Assembly (NCBI GenBank): GCA_964035545.1
Contig: OZ037766.1
Span: 28,193,673 to 28,257,672, forward strand
Length of the DNA stretch: 64,000 nucleotides
DNA from: Bugula neritina
Lineage: Eukaryota; Animalia; Bryozoa
Direction of reading: 5' to 3'
Every line of letters begins with the position of its first letter. Positions within the stretch are counted from its first letter, which is position 1. Under the pieces are notes generated by a model, which did not search any database, had not been told where the DNA came from, and saw only the letters and a list, made by a program, of their open reading frames with translations. Below, one piece after another: positions 26,101 to 41,100 of the stretch. The position numbers and the translations under genes were made by a program.

Positions 26101-29100
26101 GCTGTCAAACAGCAAAATATAAAAGTTCCACTTCTTTTAAACTTGACTAGTTATTTGCAAAGCATTCAAAATTTATGCATGACTATTTACTAATTACTAT
26201 TTTGCAGTATTGTGTCTTTTACAAGTTTTATGTAATTCTAAAACTTGAGATTTACTTTTTTACCTAGTATAAACAATGTGCATTCAAAATATTTTTTTCT
26301 CCAATCAAGTCAAATTTGTTTGATGCATTGCATAAAGTAATAAACTGCCACCTTGATTAAAATCTTTTTACACTATTTTTTTTCCTACTTTTTGAATTAT
26401 TATCTATAGAACATAAGCATGATTGTGCCTAAAGTTTATAAACCTGAAGCTGTTTGATGGCACAAAGTGGCAGAAATATTTTAAAACACACTCTACCCAG
26501 TGTATCACATTTTACACTAAATTAAAGTGTCCTCCAAGAGTAAAAACTTGCATGGACTATATTTTTTTATCTTTATATTGTTTCCTTTTTATTCACTAAC
26601 TCTTTCAAACATTTAACTTAGGTAATGTAGTATCACTACAAACTGATTCTTTGGAACTGTACTACAGGAAAATAGAAAAATTTCTCATGTAATTTATTTT
26701 CCATAATGTAATCAATATCTATAGTAAAACTCTGTTACCATTGGATAAGGTGCAAAATAAAAACTTGTGAACTTCCAACATTTCAGTTGCTATGCATGTG
26801 AACTTTCGCACATTGCAGTATTTTATCACAGTTGGCATCTACAATAGCTTGATTATGACTAGCTTCTTTTAACAACCTTTGATTATAGACCTGCTATACG
26901 TGTGCACTCCATGTTTGCTCACAGCCAAACGTATTTTGCTTTAGTTATTTGCATGCCCCTTAACCAATATATTTTATAGTTACTCACTGGTACATTTTTA
27001 TTGTGTTCTTTCCTTCATTTTCTTTATGTAGTACTTTAAGCCTAATTTGACTCACCTAATGTTTTCTATATAATATGATGTATGTCTCAGGAAATGTTCA
27101 TCTGCTGTTTTAGATGATCATCACTCTTACTTTGACCACGTTGGTCCACAGATCACCATTAGTATTTTACCTCTGCTCACTCTTCGAGAGGCTGTTGCTA
27201 GGCAACAGGCTGCATCAGGAATAGCAGGAGACGGGGAGGAAACTCCTCTGTACACTTCAGAGTTCGGATATCCTTTGAACTTTCCTACTTTCCGACCTTC
27301 AACGTTAAAGATAGAAGATGTTACTGACAAAGATGAATCTGATTATTTCTCACCAGAAGTTAAAGTTGGGGGAGTTGGCTGTGGAAGTCGAGAAGTCTGT
27401 TTAGCAGACAGCCATTCTGTTTCTATAGGGGAGACGTCGCGTCAGCTGTCAGCCAGCAGTGGTGGTTCAGATGAACTACTCTCTGGAATCATAAGAGAAC
27501 AATCAGACAATAAGCAATCAAAGCCTCAAAAGGAAAAAGAGTTTGGTAAAACAGACCCACACCAAGTATCTGTTTCATTGGTTGGCACCGAGAAGCAAAG
27601 CTCTCTAAATTCCAAAGAGCTGTTGAAAAGTAACACTGCTGACAATGCGTCTACAAAACCTGCTGACTCTCGGAGTACTTGCGACAGTCCTCAGTTGCTG
27701 CCAGAAAGCTCTACCACCAACACGGTGTCTGCATCTACTGCTAGTAGTGCAGCTGAGACTATAGACATCACTGATCTTGCTGAAGGTGAGATTGCTACTA
27801 GCTCAGAGACAGGGCTGGCAGGTGTGCATAAGCCAACACATGGTTTGCATGGTGAGCAGCAAAATCAGCTGCAAAAGCAGGAACAGAGTAAAAGGAATAA
27901 GAAATCTATCAGATCATTAGCTCAGAACATCTTCAAAAACTTTAGAAAAACAAAAGATTCGACTTTAAGAAAAGATGGTAAGAAAATGTTTCAATTAATG
28001 AGATTTGTAATTAGATAATTGGTTATTTGGTGAAAAAGTTGTCTTGTTTTATTTGTCTACAATTGCAGTTTCATTGTATGTTTGCACACCAGTTTCAAAG
28101 AATCTTGAAGGAGCTGGTTGCGATTTTTAGCATATTATTTGCACTGTTTAATTTACTATTTCTTATTAGTAAGCCCTGAATTTCAGCTGTTACAATGAAA
28201 ATTGTTATTAAAGCTCAAAAAAGCTCTGTAAACAAAGTTCAGGTAAACCTGACTCTTACTGTTCTAATATTTTTTTATGATTTGTATATATTTTAGATTC
28301 CCAGTGCGATACATCTTCACCTTCTCTGCCATCGTATGCTGCAACACAACTGACTGGTTCTAACCAAGAGCTGAGGAGCTGTAACAAAACAATTGATGGG
28401 AATCTGCCAGGTTTCTATCTAACATATTACTCTACACACTCAAGTTGAATTTTATGTTATAAGTGGAATTACAACTGTACCACACAGTGTAGCTAATGCA
28501 ATTTAGTATTTTCTCCTCATAATTAATTTGATTGTATTTTAGTGTAGCTTACTAGAGGCTCCACCTTGATTTATCCAATAAAATTTCCTCATTGTCAGCA
28601 AATTGCTTTGCTTGTCGATTGACAATTCTCTATGTTAGTAGTTTATATTCTGGCAAGGAGGGTTGGCTATTCCCCCACCCCACCCTCATCATGTAACCTT
28701 TCAATTTTCATTAATTATTAAAAATTGCTTTGCTTGTCGATTGCAATAAAATACAAGTGAAATTAGCAGTTCTAAGCACTGAAAATCTGCTATTGCAATG
28801 AAGTGATTTTCTTGTAAAATTTGCATCAATTTTGATCTATAAATTTGGTTTTTGATACACCTGCTTTATAGCATTATTTGAATCTAATTAAACAGCTGTC
28901 TATTTTGCAAGTTTAATTTGTAGAAACAGAAACAAGTTCTAGTGACAAATCTGTCACCTCAGCTAGACACTGTGCAACGAGGCTTTCAGATGCTGAGACG
29001 GAGAATAATCTTGGCATGGTAAATTCCGAAAGTCAAGACAAAATGGCCGCCACGGAGAGTGTAACACAATGTGATCATAAAACATGCACAGCTGATGATG

Positions 29101-32100
29101 TACCCAAACAGGAGTTGGTAATTCGATTAGATGGAGTTGAAGAGGTCACACTGGCTGAGCTACTATCTTCACAGACGGGTTATAGTGTCGATGGAGAACA
29201 GGATATGACATCAGCAGATGAGTCAGAGGTCAATAAAGAACAGGATGTGACATCAGCAGATGAGTCAGAGTTGATTAGTGAAAGACCTGTTGTGAAGAAC
29301 AAGGTGCTGCCAATAAGAGGCAGCAGCGATGCAAAAGATGTGACTGAATACGACAGAGAAGCTGCTGTTGATGCAAAAAGTCTCTCCCACTTTGAAAATA
29401 TTCCACCTGCCAGAAAAGCTGTTAACATGGATGGAGAATCATTCTTGCATCCTGCAGGCAATGGACGTAATGAAATCAATGCTGTGGAGGTAAAATTAAA
29501 CTTTTGTTGATAATGTTGGTAAATATTTGTTATGGATGCAGTATGGTTTTTCAATGCTATAAACTAGGCTTTATTGAATTCTTGCAATAACTTTGTTATC
29601 TGATGCTTTCTGATGGTCATAGTTGCACTAGTGACTAGACCATGTGTAGATCATTTTGAGTCAACTCATACTTTTTTGAAGCATGCCCTTTAAATCTGTG
29701 GCTATAATAATCGTTTGTTGCAAGATTGAACAAATTGAACAAAACTATTATGAATCTCGGGTCAAGAATTTCAAATCAAAATTTGTCTTATATTGTATCT
29801 GATTTACACTTGCAACGTATTGTATTAATGCTGATCAAAGCATTTTTGACTAAAATCATACACTAAGTTTCTTGTAGAAGAAGCCAGGGTTCAGCAGGAG
29901 TTTGAGTGGGGAACTAATAGCCCGAGCTTTAAGCTACTACGCAGAACCTGAGGCTGCAGAATCTGCAGTTAGTCCTCAGTCTGCAGTAAACATCAGGCTG
30001 TCTAGTGATGAGTATTCCAGCAGTGGTTCAGGTGAGACAACTCTCTATGTTAGTAGTTGATATTGTGACAAAAAAGGTTGGCTGCTCCCCCCACCCTCAT
30101 CATGTAACCTTTCAATCTTCTTTAATTATTAAAATATTTTTTTTGCATCTTGAGTTGATTTTGTTACATTTTTAAATAGTCTATGCTGGATGCATATTTT
30201 ACCAGAAAAGTATAAATTTCCATTTTGTCTGAAATTGCTATAAAGGATTGGTTACTAAATGATAGTGTTGTACAATAATCACTTCTATACACTTCATGAA
30301 CTTATTACATTGCTTTATTATACATTTAATTACACTACTTATAAATTATTTTTTCTTTTTTTTTGTTTTACCTTTTATGTGAAAGTTAGTATCTTTTAAT
30401 TCATAGTGTGCTAGTGCGTTTACTAGTTTGTCGAAAAGTTGGTAGATTACATACCGAACCTACACAATTTTGCCTTACTGTGTTTCAATTGTACACAATC
30501 TTTTCCTATATATATTACATACTATACTCAACTTCTAGAGTATTGTGTTACTGTTTTTGTAGTGTACACGATCTCTTCAGATGATGAAATCTATGCTCAA
30601 GATGTTTCTTCAGCTGACAATGACTCTTGGGTGCGGAAAAACCGAAAGCGGAGCTTTGATTCCTCTCCCTTCAAAGGTACTGACATGGAACTTGCTTATT
30701 ACATTGCCTTCATATGCTGCATATCAGATTGAAGTTTCATGTGTATATTAATTGCTCCAATACTATATTTCTGAATAACTTTCTTAGGACTTCACTTGTC
30801 TATAAATTTTATACAGAATAGTAATTAATTTTAATTGGTCACATTCTTAAAATTGTTGTGTGCTTAGCACCCAAATAGCTAAGAAAAGTAAAGTCATTTA
30901 AGAAAGCAGAATGGATTATTATGTTACTTAAATGACAGTCACAATAAGCACAGCTACTTCTAACAAGTGTGGCTCTGTTTCTTACTGAGTCATTGGGAAG
31001 CTCAAGGTTTGTTAGCTGCTACGTAGAACTTACCAGCAAGTAGGGTCTGTGGGTGCCCGCCACCAACACATCATATCTGTTTAGGAATACTAGTCAAATA
31101 ATAAGAAATCAGGATAATAGAGAGCCACATTGGTAGCTGTAAATCACAGTAAAATTTAGAGGCAGGTGTAGTAATGGAGAAATTGAGAAAGGATGTGTTA
31201 TATATTGGAAATGTAGCGAAAGAGGTTATGTACTTGCAAGAAATTAAACCCCAAACTAAAATGTATTACAGGAATTACAGAAATTAAGCTATTGAAATTT
31301 TTCCACTACTACATCTAAATGGAAATATTCAGGGTGCTTCCGGGTTTCCCACTAGCGAGAGAATCAATACATAAGAGCAATGACTTAAGAAAGCCAAAAA
31401 CTGTATATATGTGTACAGGAATTTAATGTTTAATAAGTTTCTCAAATATATTGATGGAAAAATCTTAAATTAAAAGCTCAATCAGCTGATCAATATTGAT
31501 TTTGCTGAATTGACTACTTGTTTTTTAGCCTCAAATAGAAGGGGACACATTTCATCATCTTCGGACAGCTCTGTAAGCTTGTTACTCCTCCCTGTACAAT
31601 GTGAGAGTTCACAGGCTATGATGCAAGAAGCCAGGATTTCTCATTTGGTGAGTTATTGATGTCATCATTACAGTAGTTTCACTTTATTTAAACTATTGGT
31701 GAGATCACCTGCCATAATCAGCATAGTACGTCTTTATCATTGATAAAATACATTTATTCTATAAAATTTAGGGCCCGCTGTTGTTCTGTAGGAAATTATC
31801 AACAGTTTCAGTGCATCATTTGCTGGTAATAATTTTATAAAAGTTGCTTTTAAAATTGCCTGGTATAGTTTAGAAAAAAATTAAATGTAAAACATTTACA
31901 TTGAGTTGGCTGTTATAGTTAAAACTAAAACAGTAAAATTTACAACATTAAACAAATTATATATAATAGCGTTTTACTTTCAGTGATATTTATAGCTGCA
32001 TTTGCCTCACAGCTTCTACATTTTATATCTTTGTATAATTCAGTGAATCTTACATATAAACCTATTATTATATGCTGTACTATTATTAGAGCACATTCTA

Positions 32101-35100
32101 CGATTTTGAAGATAGTACAGTAACAGTAACACACAACCATGCCTCTAGTAAATATGTGATTTTTATCAGCACATAATATTTTATTTTGAAGCTCAAATTA
32201 CACATCACATCGTCTTATATGGGAATATGACTTGTGTACAATGATACATGTACACCTACATAATATGTATATGCAGTTGTGTCTCCATTCAAAGCTAAGA
32301 TAAATCTGATATTTTCCTAACAATACATCTATATGTGTTGTGTACATTGATTGACTACAGATAACAGTTCAGTAGAATTGTTGTTTAGCCAAAAACTCAA
32401 ATTAATTTTGAACAGATACCTGCTCATTCATTTTGTATGATTTTAGAGTCGTCTTTTCATTACATGGATGACTCGCTCACAATTAATATATTATATTAAA
32501 TTATAACTATCACACACACCCATATATGCATATATTAATAATACAAAACAACTTATAATAAATTATAAAATATCATATATAAATATTATAATGTATATAA
32601 TATTGTAAATAAACACCCACTGAAATTCTAAAAACATTATTTAGCTAGAAATTATACTAAAAGATTTTTCTTTCAAACAAAAAATGTCAAATCTTTTATA
32701 GCAATGTCAGAATTGCATAAACAAGAATATAAATCTCTAATATTTAGCAACAACTCCATTTGATTTGTAGATGACACCAAAAGCCTCCCCTGTGAAAAGA
32801 ATGCCAGAAAAAGCAAAGAGGTTTTCTAGTAGAATACTTTTACCAGGTGAAAGATCAAAGGTACATCTTTCGGTTTATAAATTACCCATTATTCTTATGC
32901 TAATCAATATTTAGCTTCAACTGTATCCACTCCTCACTATACAATTGCATTTCTATGCATTCTATGTTGCATTTCTATGCATTCTATGTAGAAGCAGAGC
33001 AAACAAAGAGCCTCTCATTCTTTTTTCTTGCTTCCATACTTAATCTATTGTACTACTATATTTCTTTACATAACAGATTAATATGGCTTTAAAACACACC
33101 TCTGATAGTTTGTAGTTTGCAGTGCTAATCATGAAGGGAATTTGAATAGTTGTGCATTTTAGATAGAAAGAAGCAGAGAGCCCAACTTTTCTATCAGCCT
33201 AATAATGGGTGATGAAACTCAACTATCTGCAGGCTGTAAGCTAATGCCTGATGAAGCTTCTATTGATAATCAGTTACCTGTAGTGCCTGGTTCACCATTT
33301 ACTACATCTACTTCGGCTGAAGTTACCGTTACTCACAGCTCTTCTCCGTTACTCTCAAAAGAAAACATTTCAGATGAAACTTCTGAACCTTCAGAGAAAT
33401 TTGTCAACTCAACGATCGCCGCATCTAGCCCAGTTTTCGTCTCATCATCTAAACCTGCTTTACTGCCAGAAAAGGTACAAGAAAATGCTGTTCTACAGCT
33501 GCCAGATTCTAGCAATGTTGATGGATTAGTTGAACCTGCCTCAAGGGGGATGTCATCCATCAATTCATCTGAAACTTCTCTTAAAGCTGCCGTAACCGCT
33601 AAAGTAAATGATGAATCATCACAAGCAGCTCTAGACAACCAGGTGCAAAGACAAGTGAATTCTTCCTCACAGCAGAGTAATATGACAGCGCATAAACAAG
33701 AACAGCTGTTTGTAGATACATCACACAACCAACCATCTTCTGCAATGTCTAGGTCAAGCATGGGCTGGGCAACTCCAAATCAAGTGAGCATTCAGAATCG
33801 CTGGATTCAGAAAGTGAAAGATGCTCTGGGGTCAAAGGTGAGTCATAGCTTTCTATATAGACGTCTGCACTTTCAGTTTGTGTTATTTCTTCCTGTCAGT
33901 CATTGACTAGTAGCCATGATGTGCAAATAGAGTGGTTTAATAGTTAAATAATCACGGACAGCGTATAATGAAACCTTTGGTTTTGGTTTTGAATATTTTT
34001 CAATTTTCCGTTATGGGAGCTATTTTTAAACTAAAACTTTCTTTAGCCATTATTATTGCACATATCTTGTCATTTGAAGTAGCGCAGAAACCAAGGAATT
34101 TTCCAGAAGCCTGCAATTGAGAAGAGATTATATATTTGCAACAGGAACTATTTTCCTTCAAAGATTTTCACTGATCTGTGTGTAAAAAAAATCCATTTAG
34201 AAGAAATCAAATTTTTTACAATAAAATAATTTATAAGATAATCATACTGTCTTTGGCAACTTACTAGTTTCAATGTTACTGTTGTTCAAGTACAGTTTCC
34301 CAACTTTTTTTTCATCTCAATTTCTATTTGAGCTGTTTTACTGTTTGTTTAGAATTGTGTTGATAAGTTGCGAGACGACTCCAGGCTGAAGATTATTTGC
34401 TGGTCCGTCATGAGGGAATTAAGAGGTGAGCTGAAAGTTGAGAGAAAGTATCTCTTCTTCCTACTGGTGAAACTGCTGTTCAGATTTTCGTGAAGTGGGA
34501 ATAATAATTGGTGATGCTTAAAACTCACCTCTGTCTCAAAACTACATTTTTATAATAATTCAATGTGCAAAAATTGTTATGATCATTTTTTACTTAGACT
34601 TGCCAAACTTTTTTTATAACTTACTCTAATAGTTTATTTACATATTCCTAAAGAATAATAAAGCATGCATTGTTTTTTATTTTAAACTATTCTCTTGCAA
34701 AACAAAATGTAAATTTACAGAAGTTGGAGTGATTTTCTCATTGAAGGTCAAGGTTTGCTCGTAGTAAACGAAGAAGTTGTTTTTGATGAAATCATTGTCA
34801 AGCTAAACCATGTGATTTCACAGATAGCCACAGATGAGCTCGTGTCCTCTGGAAATAGCAGTCCTAGCCAAACTACTTGGGTAATTCATCTATGGTTTTT
34901 GGAGGTTAACCTTTTTGGAGTTATTATATATAGCTAACTGAGTTGATAAAATTTTTATTTTTTATGCAATAAATTTCTAAATTGGGAAATTTTACAATTT
35001 AGATGTATACTTGCCTGTCCTGAAACACATGATCAAGGTTTAATGTCCTGTATATGTAGCTTTTTCTTCTTCCTTGTATACCCTAATTTAATTTTAAACT

Positions 35101-38100
35101 TTACTTCTTGCAGGTTTTACAGGAAGTAGAGAAAGAAGTAATAAGCAGTTTTAGTGAGCGAGTAGAAAATCCTCTCAGCCAATCACAGGAGATGCTGGAT
35201 TCACAGCAGCGGGGAGATTGTAAGTTATTGAAAGTAAAGGTGTCCAGGACTCAGACTGTTGTAAAACCTATTCATAGACTTATTCTGCTAGATTGCTAAC
35301 ATAAACATGGTCCCTTCAGTTTCATCATTTAGTTTAGTATTTCTATGGTTTGTTAGGCAACAATTATAATGTCATTTATCTTCCCTTGACACTCATTTCG
35401 GAACTCTATCTTACTGTCAATATAGCATTTTTGGCGACCTATGTAATATGCTTTCTTTTTTTTATAAAACTAGTTAACCATGCATGACAATTAGTTTCTT
35501 CTGCAGTTAAAATAAAAGCATTATGTACTTCAAAAGATTGTATGTTATGGTCACATGGCAATTCATTTGTTGTAAATAATTATATTCCGAATAAGAATGC
35601 ATTATCTGGCTTTAAATATTAGTATTTACCTCTCAAAAAATGAATTAAGTTTATGTTAAATGGTAAATTTTTTAAATTAAAAAAATACATTTCAGTCTGA
35701 TGATATAGTTTTATTATTTTAAGTGTGAAATCAAATTTTCATCCAAAAACATATTTGACCTCTTCATCATCCCAAAATTCAAAATCTTACTTGCCTCTGA
35801 AAGTGTTATTTCTGTAGTCTGTAACACTTTTACTAAGGTTTATTCATCATCATAATATACAACGGTTCAGTATTATATTTTTATGTTTTATTCCAACTTG
35901 TTCAATTTATTCAGCAAATAGACGTATCAGTGGTGATCAAGTGAGCACTGTTGGATCTGGCCATGACCTTAGTCAAGGCGAAAGTGACAGTAGTTTCAAC
36001 AGTAGTACTGACAGTGACTCAGACAGTGACTCAGACAGTGGGAGACAAAGTGACGAACAGATGAAAGGATATCAGATGGACAGTCAAAGTGGTGTGAATA
36101 AAATAGAAGTAATGGCAACGGAGCCTCAGCACATAATTCATAAGGCGATGCAAACTGATGCTAAGAAGCGGTTCGTAAGGAAAGACAACTCTAGCAACAC
36201 AGATACTAGTGAAGAGGTAATTGTGTTTTATGCAGTAGGTTGCTGTTTTAGGCTCAGGACTCCATTTATGTTCATCAGGTTTTTAACATTTTACATTATG
36301 CTGTGCTTGCATGTTTGTTATTGTACTGCAAATTGTACAAAAAATTTGTGTTGCTCTAAGCAATTGTGGTGTGCATCTTTTAATGTTATAAACTAGGAAA
36401 TTGTAATCTCAACCAATTAAATTCTTTCGTTTTGTGAGATTATTTTTCTTATGATGTTTAAATTTTGCAGCCTCTTTTTGTTAGAAAGGCTGTTTTTGTA
36501 AAATATACTTCCACGAAACTCTATGTGATGTTTGCATTAATGTGTAATTATTAGGTATATTTATTAACTCGATACATTTAGATTGATGGCAAAAGAAGAA
36601 AGCCTACTAACATGGTCAGGAAACTAATTGACATGCCAGATGTTTCACAAAGTCATACTTTATGTACAGTAGAATACACTAGTCTGCAGGGTGACAGTGC
36701 ACCTGCTCACAGCAGTCACTCACATGGTGACACACCACAAACACCTTATACACATGTCAGTTTAGATGCCTCAAAACCTGCATCTGAAGAACAGGATTAT
36801 CAGCCATTGATTTTCCAGAAACAAATTTCAAAAGTGAAACCGGCTAGAATCATGTCATCTTCAGAGAAATCGTCTTCAACAACTTCCACTGCTTCTAGTT
36901 TTAATTTCAATACTGCTAGACATGTCTCAGCACAAGAGGTCAAGCAATACAGCCAGCCAATCAGAGTAAAAGAAGTTTACATGTCGGCCATCTTACCTCC
37001 CCTTATTGATAAACCAACTGCTTCGGATGTGTCAAAGTTCTCATCACTAAACAGGTTTGCTTTCTATTTTTTAGTTTTTTTCATATAATGTTGAAAATGA
37101 GTGCATTTAGTGGGTAATTATTTATTTTTCAAGTAGCAGTGGTCTAGGAATTAGATCATTTGCTTAGTAAGCACGAGGTCATGTGTTCAAACCCCAGCAA
37201 AGGCCATTGGTGATATTAGAAAAAGCATCCAGTCATAATTGCTCCTGTGCCTTATCTGAATAAGTCTTCAACCCGATTTAACAAAAACAAAACCCTTCCA
37301 TCATGGGTTTTCTTACAGGAGTGGCAACTATAAACCTCGTGAGTTTTTTTTATTTATTTTTTAATTATAATTAATAATTTTAATTATTAGCTTTTTCCAT
37401 TTGATCACTATTTCAATAACAAGATTTTTGCTTATAGAGCTATATTTTGCAATGTATTGTTGTCAAAACATGTGACATGTGACTAAAATTTTCGAGTTAA
37501 TTGGTAATATTACTAACTATAAAACTCTTACTTGCTTGAAGACTTGAAACATTCTTTTGCAATAAAGTGTACACAACTTTCTAAAACAACTTCATTTACA
37601 GCATTCCTGTGTGACCGGCTATGATAACTACATATTTACACTTATTTAAAATGCCAAAAAATCATTTGCAACAATCTGGAAAAAAATCTAACAGAGTTCG
37701 AATGTATACTCAGTACAGTATTTAGTGAAGCAGTACATGAATAGACATATTATTTTATTGAGTGAAAATAATGATGATGCTTGCTTAGATTAATTTTTTT
37801 CAAGTGTTTTTCAAGATTTCAATTTTACAATAGTGTTTGATAACTTATTTATTTCTGGGTACGTTTGCACTATAATGATGTAGAACTCAATTTGCTTCAA
37901 TGTTATAGTGTTGTTGGGGGGTGAAGAAAAAAGCCATGTTGAATTACAATCAATCTGTATTGTGTTGCTTTCATATGCTGTCCATTTTGTTTTGTTCTAC
38001 CAAATTGAATGCTTATTATATTTGTAGGTCTAATAGAGGGAAATACCAAGATGTTGACTTCAAAAAAGAGTCTGTTCAGGTAATAATAGAGTTGTCCCAC

Positions 38101-41100
38101 CTCTGTTGTGATGCTTTATTAGGAGAATGCAACTCTCAATACTGCTATTCTTGGGCTTTATCTGCTCACCTAACCAATATCTAAAACAGCTTTTTCCTGT
38201 GATTACAAATGTTCTATCCCTGTATAACTTGTTAGACTAAACTTTAATATCATCTCAATTAAGTGAAAACTCCAGGCTTAAAATTTGTGAACTCCTCATG
38301 TTTGTAAAACTAAGTAATGCTTTTGCTGGGGAGGAAACAGTATTTTGCTGCACTTTACCAGTGAAAGAAAAGTATTACCATGAAAATGACTGCTAAATGC
38401 TGTATAATGCAGTTTGGATAGATAACAGAAAATATATTAGTAATCAAGTTAGTTTTACTTTGGAAACCACTCAGTAATATGAGTTACCTAATGATACAAT
38501 TGTAAGCAAGTTTATTTTACTCAAGTTGTAGTGGTTGAGGCATTACCCCACCTCCCCCCAAACTTTGTTGCATTGACATGTATTGAAGGATTGCAGCCAA
38601 GTTTGATATGTATCTTCCATTCAGACTGCGTGGTTGTTTTGTTAATGGCATTCAATTGTGTTACCTGTTTTGTGTAAAGAATATTTTTACAGACTAATAG
38701 TTTGTTTAGCTGAAGAGCAGTGTAAGTTGGTTAGCAAATTTTGCATAACTTACACTGTGTAATCGGAACCATTAGGGCTATGTTGTGTATCTTTGAAAAC
38801 AAATATATAAAACATAGCAACTCAAGTGTAAAATCCACATTCATTGATTTGGTTTCTAACTGCGTAACCATGAGAAATTAATGAGTTGGATCACTCATAT
38901 CACTAATCACCACGCAACCTCTTACATGGCACAAAGGCATGCCATCTCTACAATTACCTGTCAACATGATCTCTTCATATTATATTACAAATAAGCAGTA
39001 GATATCTTTGCTGTAGTCAAGAGTGACAATATTTTTGGAGGGCAGGTCCCAGTGTTGAAAGGCAGTATTAGTTAGTGGACTTACGCTTTCTGTGGTGTAA
39101 AGTATATGCAGTGTGGATAATAAAAGTGATAGTAAGTAGCAATGGTGCTGCTCAAATACGGGCTGCCGCTAAATGATACAGGGGTCAGCAGTTCACAGTA
39201 TACAAGGGTAGGTTTCTGCTTTGTTTTGTGTATATTTAGAGAATTTTTCTAAATTTGAGACTATCAAAAGCTAAAGTTGTGAAAATCTAACATGGTGCTA
39301 TCCTCAAAATAAGGAATTTATATTACAATGCATGAAGTGCAAATGTGTATACCTAATATACAATTTTTTCATAAATATATTCTTGGTGTGCTCTTTTTTA
39401 TAAATGGAAACTTTAAGGTTACATCCATCTTATTACTATAGATGTATAATAAAAAATTGATTTGCACAGTAGTTATTCTTTATAGTGGTTATTGCACTCT
39501 ATTATGCTGCAATTAATATAGTAATGGAATGCATCACTTGCTTATGCTATAGTATGTAACTGCATGCAATATGCTGTAATGTTTAAACATACTGTAGTTA
39601 ATAAAAACATACTACTCTGCTTCTATGGTGTATTGTAAGATATGTCAAAGTTTTACAAGTTGGTCAGATATTTCTTATTCAAATACTCAGTCTTGTGTAC
39701 ATTGTATCCAATGTCAGCCAATCCACTCGTACCCTTTATTCTTGCCTAGTATTCTGCAGCCTACACTTGACTTGGCGTAGCCAGTAGCTAAAATATATCT
39801 ACTCTTTATTACTAATAATTATTACTCATAAATTCTCACTTCATTTGTTGCGTGCGAGTCAGCTAAATTTTATATTTGGTAAATTTATTTTGGAGTTATC
39901 ATCCAGAACTGGCTACATAATTTTTCCAGAGGTATTGAAGGAAACAGGAAATCAGTTTTACATACAAAGGGTTAGCCGTACAAAAATAAGTGATTAGTAT
40001 TCATAGAGATGTTCCCATACATAGTGTAGTTAGTCAATGACAGGGATTCTGTGAGAGAATAGAGTTCTTACAACTATAACTAGTTCGGCTTATAATGTCC
40101 GGTGGTTCGTGCAGACGTAGAATACTGTCGAGGGTAAGCTTCACTTTCACTCTTCTGTTTCTCATATTGTACTGCTCTCAGTCTTATCTAAACCTAATAT
40201 GGGTTTCTTGAATTGAAAAAAACTTAGGGCACTATTTTTAGATGTGTGCCTATTTTATATATATATATACTCGCTAGTGAGCTGGTTGGTTGAAGACAGC
40301 TTATTCTTGCTCTAAATGCTTTAATTGATGGGCTCTAGATTCTAGAAAATGCTGCTAAACTTCAAGCTGGAGGTTTTTTCAAACTGAATATTTTGTTTTA
40401 AGCAATGTCTAAAGCTGCATGTTATTAGGATAATTTATATTGCGTGGGAGTATAGTTATGATGTTTAGTATATACATGTACTGCATTCTTTCTTTTGTTT
40501 TCCAATCAAAGCCTTTGACCTATAATACAAAGAACATGTTGCTTGTTTTATAATATTTTAAAGGCACAAAAAGGTATTTTGTAAAAAGGTAAATTGACAT
40601 CTTATTCATGTGTAGATTCAGTATCAATTTTTCTCCTACACTGCATAAAGTTGAAAACAGAAATACATGTATACGTTTTCTTGCATCTAAAATTGAAAGA
40701 GTTTGATAATTATGAATAAGTCTCTATTACTTTTTTATATAATATAATAAACAACACAGTATTTTTATTTGTTGAAATTATTCAGACTATTTTCTGTTAA
40801 TTGTCATAATCATGGCCTGTAATTATTACCTGAGATAAGGTTGTGGAAGGGTGCTGTGTGCAGAAACTCTTTTATTTTCACTTAAAGTTATAGCTAGGTT
40901 TTACTTGTGGACTGTAACTATAGCATATATATACTGGGACTGCTACAGCAACAAAATCGCAACTCCTAAAATAATACAATTAAACCACAAGCCTCACATA
41001 AAGTGTAATCTTTTGGCCTATTAAACTTCAAATTGCAACGCAAAAAAATGTTATAAATTTTATAAAGGGTGACCCGAATGTCTTTTTGTGATTTCATACA

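Noticed and set aside
29180-33761. Antisense ORFs at 29180-29554 and 33333-33761 (and similar ones elsewhere)
   Set aside because: They are shadows of large plus-strand coding exons with no independent splice structure.
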